Source: an uncultured Eubacteriales bacterium (lineage in GTDB: Bacteria > Bacillota > Clostridia > Christensenellales > UBA1242). Taken from it: a stretch of 64,000 nt of DNA. The stretch lies in contig CAQIDI010000003.1 of the NCBI GenBank assembly GCA_948806215.1, forward strand, positions 27,948 through 91,947, in the 5' to 3' direction. The notes under the pieces are model-generated. The model did no database searches, had not been told where the DNA came from, and saw nothing but the letters and a program-made list of their open reading frames with translations. Positions 25,101 to 34,100 of this stretch are shown in pieces (the first letter of the stretch is position 1; each line of letters begins with the position of its first letter). A program made the position numbers and the translations under genes.

Positions 25101-28100
25101 TAGAAATTATGTTTAAAGTTAGCTTCATAAATAGCATCAGTTCCTCTAGTTGGAATAAACCAAACAGAACGAATAACTTCTTGTTCGCTATTTAAGTTAA
25201 AGTCGGTATTAAATGCAAAGCTTTGGAATGTGTTATATTCATCAAAGTCGCCTGCTCCAATTCCTGTAGCAAGTTCTCCTTCATCTAAGAAAACATCTTT
25301 ATATTCTTTTTCAGAATCACTATCAGTAGATGAACTACCAAGTTTTAAATAGTGACAATCAGTAATAGAATTTGGAGTTACATTATTGTAATCATACTGT
25401 GAATTTCTACCAGTAAATGGACTAGCATCCATATTATTTACTAGCACACTGCTTAGTGTGAAGCACGAATTAATTGTTCCTGCTTCTTTATTACTAAACA
25501 CGAAACCACTAGTTTTCATAGAACTCTTAACTAAAATGTTTGCATAGCTATTTGAAATATTTGCATTATTTTCATAAACAAATGCACTAGCTTCGGTGGC
25601 GGAACTTATTGCCGAGTTCATTGCACGAAGTCCTGCTATGTTATAATTAAAGTCAGCATTATCTTTTGCGTTTTCGTTATAAGCATAACCCGCATAGCCG
25701 CTTTTCATAGAATCAGTTAAACCAGTTTTATCACTATTAGCTTTTGTTATAAATTTTTCATCAACTGATAATTGGAAATTATCTCCATCACCAAGCCTAC
25801 CTTCAACATAACTATATTGAATGCTAGCATTACTACCTGTGTTAAACACAACAAATCCGCTAGTAGCCGAGTTTTTACTATCGCTTTCACCAGCACGGTT
25901 AATAATGTTTGCACCTTTATAATACGAAGTGCTTATTTTGCCTGCATTATATGCTGCAAAACCACCAACATAACCAATACCATTAATTGTAATGTTATCT
26001 ACACTGCTATTAGTAATATAACCCATAGCATTGCCAGTAGAGGTTGAACTAACATCGTTTTTACCTACTAACACACCCATATAATGTTCTTGCGAATCGG
26101 TTGTTATGGTTGTGTTAACTTTAACGATTGATAAATCACGACCAATATTTTCTTGATTTTTATAAATAATTTTTTCATCTGTTGTTTTATCTTCATCAAC
26201 AATGTAATTATATTTTCCTGCAACATCAGCTGCAAATTTTAACTCGTCAAATTTTCCGCTTGACCAATATTTTGCATAATCAGGATTATCTGCCGATGCT
26301 CTTGCAATTATTAGTTCACGCTCGTATTTTAACCAATCTGCATTATTAGTTACTTGAACATTGGTTACCATACCATAGTTAACACCAGCAAGCAAACCAA
26401 ATGTAATGTTCTTATAGGCTGTTGCATCAATATTTAAGTCGCCATTAACCGAGGTTTTATCGGCTGCTTCGTTATTAATACTAATGCTTTTGTTAGGTTT
26501 AACTTCGATAATTAAATTTTTAATAACTGTTTCACTATTAATTTGTGTGAAAATACCAAAAGTTTTATCGATTAAAGCTGCATCGTTATCTGGTTTTGCA
26601 TCTAACTTAAAGCTATTAATAGTTATAACATAACCATTACCATCTAAACTATTAATGTTTAAATCTGCACTAAATGGTTCCCAATCGTTTAGTTCTAAAT
26701 CGTTAACTAAAATATAGTCAACGCCACTTTCCATTGCTTTAAATTCTTCAACTGTTGCAATAGGATCTGGGTTATCTTCGGTTCTAACTCTGTAGAAACC
26801 AAAACCAAATTCGAAATATCTATCGTATGTAAATTCGTTACTTTCGTATAAATGATACATATCGGTATCTAAAATTGGTTTAATACCTTCATCAGTATAG
26901 CAATACATTGCTCTAGCAAGTAATCTATCCCCCGAATTAAATCTTATGTTTCTAATAGAGTAAACAGTTTCGTTATCAAGATCGGTGCTAGACATTTTAC
27001 TAAACACAAAGGTTTCGGTTGGATTAGTTCCAAGCTTAATAGTACCGTGATTTTGCTCACTTCCGGTATACCAAGCACCACTTTCCGATAACTTATTATC
27101 TACTGAACTAAATTGTTTTTCTAGTTCTTTAACTTGACCTTCTACAATTGTTTGTAAACTTGGGTGGCAAGTGTAGTTAGTTATTCTTAAAACTAAACCA
27201 TAGGTTTGGTTAAATAATCCAACAAAGTTGCCATTTGTAACATTTTCAACTCCAATGCTTTCAATAACAAAATCGGAAACTTTTATTCTTAAAACATCGG
27301 ATTTTTCGTAAATTTCACCATTAATCTCTTTTCTAATTGTTCCTTTAACACAAATGTATGCTTGAGAGTTTAATGTTAAGTTTGTATCTAAAACATAGTT
27401 ATTGCCTTGTTTAGAAATATCAAAGAATGTGCCATATCCGCCTAAAACGCTTTCAACACCATTAATAATCCTATAAGCATAACTACCGCTAAAATCAACT
27501 TCTCCTTCAATGCCTTCGTGATCTGCACTAAAGCTTAAACTTGTTCCTCTTGCAACAGCAGCACTATCTCTGCCATTAACGTGAAGATTTAAAGTTGGAG
27601 TTGTTTTTACGCTTAAAGTAATAGATTGTGATTTTAATGCCACACCATTTTTATAGGCTTGAGCAGTTAATGTGAATTCTCCACTTTCGCTAACAAAACT
27701 GTTAATTAAAGTTTTTACATATATAAATCCATCAAAGTTTATGTTGCCATTTGCTAATTTATTTGATTGTTTTGTTAAAACAATTCTACCCAAAATATCG
27801 TGTGAACCACTAATTGTTGAATATGAACCATCGTAAACATATTCGCCATTACTATTTAAAGCCATATTTGCTAACACTTGGTTAAACCAAACAACACTGC
27901 CTTGTGAAGTGCTAGAAGTTAAAACAACTTCATCAAAATTAGCAAATACAGGTGAAATGTTAATTTTTAGAACACCCGTAAATCCTGGAATAATGTTATC
28001 GTAAGCTTCTTCACCAAGATCGAAAATAGTTGTTTGTTCACCATTTTCGTTAACTTCGGTGTTAGCTTCGCCCTTAGGATAATGTTTTAAACTTATATTA

Positions 28101-31100
28101 ACAATTTCTTGAGGGTTAAGTGTAACATTAACAGAAGAACTACTTAATGTTATTTCTGATAAATCGCTTACAACAAAACTATTTGTAGGATCGTAGTTAA
28201 CCGAAACATTATCTTTAACAATAAAGAAATTATATGTTTTGCTAACCACATCTTGAATATCTAATTTGTCTTCATCTTTAACTTCTAAATTAAAGTAATA
28301 TCTAACATATTTTTCGGTTACATCCGCATTATCAAAGCTTGAATAATCAATGCTTGCTAAACTTAATGTTAAACCACTAATAGTTAACGGATTCATTTCT
28401 CGTTCTAAATTTCCGCCAACAACTTTCGAAACAGCAATAGTTCTTTCTTCTCCACTATTTCCATAGTAAGTTAAATATAGTATTGCATTTTTATTATCGG
28501 TTTTAATATCTACATAGAACGAAATTGGTTGTTGAACAAAGAAATTAACATTGTTAACACTTGTTTTTACACTATAACTTGAATTAACAACTTTAACATT
28601 AAATAGTGTTACAAAATTATTAATGTAATCTTTAATATCAATTTCTCTAGCATTTTCGCTTAATTTAATAATACTTTCTTCAATAATATTTTCATTACCA
28701 TCTTCATCATAACCATCAATACGATGATCAGCAATTCCAGCAACAGGAACATTGTTAATTAAAACATATCCGTTTGTGCTCTTATAGTTATATGTAATGC
28801 TATTAACCACATTATAAGAAGTTATATTAATTAATGGAGTGTTAACAGCATTTCCTAATTCGTCTACTGATACGAAATAAGGAACTGCTAAAAGTTTTGT
28901 GTTAGATTCGTTTAAGCCAATAATATTTGTTGTTGAACCAGTTGGAACATCAATGTAATAAACATAATAGTTCTTAATTGTTGTTTTAGAATCTTCAACT
29001 TGTAACCATTCTTGAGTAAAGGTTTTATTATTAATTGTTATTTGTGGTAATGCACCAGAATCGGTTAATGCATTTTCGTGTAGTAACGAATATCCATTAA
29101 CATTTTCGTTGTTTATTGTAAAGGTTTTATCTGCAACATAATAATATCTAATACCTGATGCATTATTTTGATTTAGATCAAAGGTTTTAGAGCCTTTTCC
29201 AAATGCAAAATCAAACTTGCCAACTAAACTATTGTTTAAAATAAAAGTTTGTTGATTTGAAGGTGTTGATTTTGAAACAACAATTTCACTATTTGATTTT
29301 ACTATGTTTTTATTACCAGATGTGTAGTAACTTAATTCTGAATTATTAATTGCATTAACAACATTAACTGTAACTTTTTCGGTTAATTTTGTGTTGTACG
29401 AAGAAGAAATATATAAATCAACAACACCTGTTCCTTTTGCTACTAATTTACGAATTCCATTAACTTTTTCAACACTTAAAATTTGGGAATTCGAACTTGT
29501 TACATTAAAGGAATCTTTACCAATAAATGCTGGCACAGGATTTGAAGTTAAAACTTTTTCAATCGAATAAGTGTTATAGCCTTTTAATTCCTCTTTTAAT
29601 AAGTTTGTGTAAGATTCTACTTCACTTGATAATAAATTAGAAATTCCAAAATCTAATTTGCCATTAGAGTCGTAGTTGGTTGAACTTAAAGAGTAATAGT
29701 ATATAGTTGAAACATTTTTACCTTTTTGTGTCCAAATATTAGCCATATTTGAATTTGTTTCAACTTTTATACTCTTTGGTGGGAAGTTAACCAAAAGTTT
29801 TATTGCAAAATTATATTCATCGGTTTTTCTTATTCTTTGTCTACTTAGTAAAACAGGTAAACCATTATTAATATCGGCATAACCATACCAAGAATAGTTA
29901 CTTAATCTGCTATAAGCATCATCAAAACCGTTTGATTGGTCGATATCATTAATACCATTTAAATCTGCATCAACTGTTATTTCATAAGGATTAAAGCTTT
30001 GCCTTACACTAGAATTTTTATCTGTATCTGGATAAAAATCGCTAGGATCACTTAAAGTTAAAACTTTTTCGTAAAGTTTAATTTTTTCCCAAACTGCATC
30101 TGGAATAACACTTCCACTAGTGGTTGTTTTAAACATACCCATAATAGAATATCCAGTTTCATAACCAAAATATAAATAATTTTCGTTTTGATAAGAAACA
30201 TTATAAACTGGTTGACTTTCGTCTACAACAAATTTTAATAACGCATTTGGATCAATGTGATTATCAAGCATCTTATAATAATTCTTGCTAGATTTGTTGT
30301 TACCTACTACTTCTATTCCATCTTCATTATTATAATTTCCAAAGAAATATGAGTTTACAATGTTATTAAAGTATTCTTTATTTGTGTATTTGCTAGTTAC
30401 AGCATAAGGAGCATAGTAATGAGTTACTCTATCGTTTGAATCAATAACATTGTTTGAATTAATATCCATCCATTCGCCATAGTTTAATCCGGTTTGCTGA
30501 GCATTTTGGGCACTACCAATTAAAGTACCACGGCTTAATCTCTCAGCTTCGGTTTGAGATTCTGGAGAGTTAAGAATTGCTCCTGCAAAATAGCTATCTG
30601 CAATTTGAATAACATTTGAAGCAGAACCAACTAATCCACCAATATTTGCATTGTTTGCAGCAACTCCGGCATTAACAGAGTTATATTGAATGTAAGCATT
30701 ATTACTTTCACCAATCAATCCACCAACATTATATTTATTTGAATTATTTAATGCTTTTTCTAATACTATGTCGCCAAAATATTCGTTTGTGCTAGAAACA
30801 TTTGTATTCCATTTATCAATTAAAGTTGAATCTAAATAATAACTATAAACCGAGTTATATTCTAATGTATTAACAAATTCAATCTTCATATTTGAAGATA
30901 AAGGTTTTCTGCCAGTATCGGCATCAACAGCAAAAATTAAGTTTTTGTTTAAAATGCCAGTTGCAGTATCTTCTTCGTTATCGGCAGGAGTTTGATAATA
31001 TAAACCAGAATATTTACCAATTAATCCACCAACATTGTTATAACCTAACACGCCAGTTTTATAATCTGCCAACTTTTCGGTTTCTAAAAGTTCAACATTA

Positions 31101-34100
31101 TTTCCTGTTACATAATTTATTTTTGCATTGTTTAATGTTTCAACAACTTCTTGAACAGAAACAATTTCTTTAGTTGTGTTAATTGTTATGTTAGAACCTG
31201 ATTTTTCTAAACTATAATTTCCTGCGTTAACATTTGATTTATAAACATAAGTTACCGATGGTGACACACCACTATTTAAGTTAGTGTTTTCAACTTTTAA
31301 AATAACCATATGTTCACGGTTTTTACCTTGATTACCTGCAAGATAATAGTTTACAAATTGATTAAATAATTCTCTGTTACCTAAATCTTCAATACTATCA
31401 GATAAACTAACATTAAATTCTTTTGCAAAAATATCGTATAGAGTAAGTTCATCATTGTTATAATCGTCACGGTTTACTCTAGCCATAATGTTAGAATAGT
31501 TTACATATTCAATTTGTAAGTTCTTATTAAATTCAACCAATGCGCTATTATTAGCTAAGTCGATACCATTAATAAAGTTATATTTTCTAGTTACAAAATT
31601 AACAACAGTGTTTTCGCTAACACCAACTAATCCACCAACATTGTTATTTCCTCTAACTAACGGATTTGAAATATTATTTTCAATAACACCAGCATTGTAA
31701 CCAACAACACCGCCAACATTGTTTAAGGCTTTTGAACTTTCAATTGCTTTATTGCTTGGAATTAAAGCTTTTATAGTGTAATTACTAATTTCACCATTAT
31801 TAAAACCAACAGCACCACCAAAGGCCGAATTATCGTTTCTTTCGTTTATAACTCTAGAATTAATGCAAACAACAACATCTGCTTGGCTAATTCCAGAACC
31901 CGAAATATCATTAAGTGTTTTAGTTATTATTGCTTTATTATTAAATCCAGCAATACCACCAACATATGCCACCGAACCTTTAGCATCCACATTAATTTCG
32001 ATAGAAACATTAACATCTACAATTTGCGGTTTTGTTTCTTGCGTTGCTTTTTGAAGTAAAATTTCGGCATTTGTATAGCTATAAGAGCCAATATTTTCGT
32101 TAGCAGTGCTTAATCTGCCAGCAGTTGAACCAAATTCGTTAAGAGTTGTATTGTTTACAAAACCAACAACACCGCCAACAAACACATTTTGTTTTCCTTG
32201 CATACTAACCGAAGGGCTAATGCTAATTCCCCTGTTTTGTATAATTGTAGTATCTAAATTATCAAAGTATGCACCGTTAAAGTTATCCACACCACTTAAA
32301 TCGGAAATAGTTACATTTTTAATTACGCCTTCGCTATATCCTACAAGCGAACCAACATAATAGTTTAAGGAATCAACTATTGCTGGGTTGTTAATATAAA
32401 CGCCATTTATAACAATATCTTCTAAAACACCATTTCTGCCAAGCATTGCAAATAATCCCATATAGGAGTAACTGCCAGTTACTTGCAAGTTAGATAAATA
32501 ATATTGACGTTCTTCTAAAACATTTCCGTTAACATCGTAAGTTTTGTTTTTACCACTTAAATATCCTGTGAATGGAACAACTAAATCGTGGTTGGTATAA
32601 CCAATAGGTTGCCATTCGCCAACGCTAATATTATCGGCTAACACAAAGTAAGCATTCATTGATTGATTAATTTTTAATAAGTCGTTAGTGTTTGTAATTT
32701 CAAATGGAGCAAACTTTGTTCCGTTTAAAATTCTTACTGTTATTTCGGTGTAAAGATCACCCATACCGCCAACAACATTAACCGAATCTTTAGCCCACAC
32801 TGTTATTAGTGCAGTGCCATATTCTGATAATATTTTATTTTTTGCAGTAATAGTTAAAACGCCAGTTGTGTTATTTATTTTAACTTCGATTGCACCCGGA
32901 ACCGAGCATCTAACATCTAAGTCTTTATATAAAGCATTTTGAGGATAAACTTGGAAATTAATTTCTCTAACATTGTTTGTTGTGTAGCCCGAATCGGTGT
33001 AGCCAAGTTCTCTTTCGTCAAAAGTTACAAAATATTCTCTAGCATAGTTATTAACAACTTTTGTTTCAACATTATCAAAAACAAAATATTCTACCGCTAT
33101 TGGTTTAATAACTTCAAACTTGATATCAATTTGCTTTGTAGCATCAATTAAAATACCTGATTCGTTAATAAAGCTTTGTTTAATTCTTGCAGAAACTGTA
33201 AAGCTTGCACTAGAGGTTGAACCTAGCGAACAATAAACAGTTGCTTCAGTAAAGTTATTAATGTTTGTTACTAAAGTTATTGTTGTTACATTGCTGGTTC
33301 TTAAAACATAGGTGTAAACATCGCCATTAACAGTTAACTCTGCTAATTGTTTTAAGTTATAACTAATACCATTAAAATTAACAAGCCATTCTAAATCTTC
33401 AAAAGTATAAGTAGCATAGGATGGTTGTGTGTTTAAAACAATTTTATGTGTGCCATAAAGTTGTTTTTGTTCGATATTAATTTCGTTATAGTCGTAAATT
33501 GTAACTTCTCTTTTTGCAACCGAAATTTCAGATAGTGGAATATGAACCGAAATTCTAATTCTAAAAGTTGCAACTCTGGTTTTTGAGCCAAAATTATCGT
33601 AACCTGTTATTCTAATGGTTATTAACGAAGAACCACTAATGTTTTGAGTCGCTAGTTTATATCCTGTTGCAACTCTAACAACATCTCGGTTTTCACTATC
33701 GGCACTATAATCTAAAACATCAGGTAGTGCACTATATTCTTTTCCGTTAACAGTAAACATAATTGGTAAAACAAGATTGTTTTTAACAGTTACATTAATT
33801 GGGTCAGAGTTTGTAAGTTCATAAGGAGAAATTATTTGACCTGCAATTTTTAAATTAGTTGATTCTAACTCTAAACTTTCGTATAAGCTAATCACATAAC
33901 GAACCCTGCTACCATTTGGTGCTGTTATTGTTAAGTTTGTTTTTCCAATTTGATTTTTTGGAGAAATAGAAATTCTTGCATTAGTTTGAGTTAAATTAAG
34001 CATATTTTCATCGTAATCAACAGTTAAATTACGATAATCATAGCCATTAGGCAATCCGCTAATGCCAACAACTGTAGGATCGGTTACATTAATATCTAAC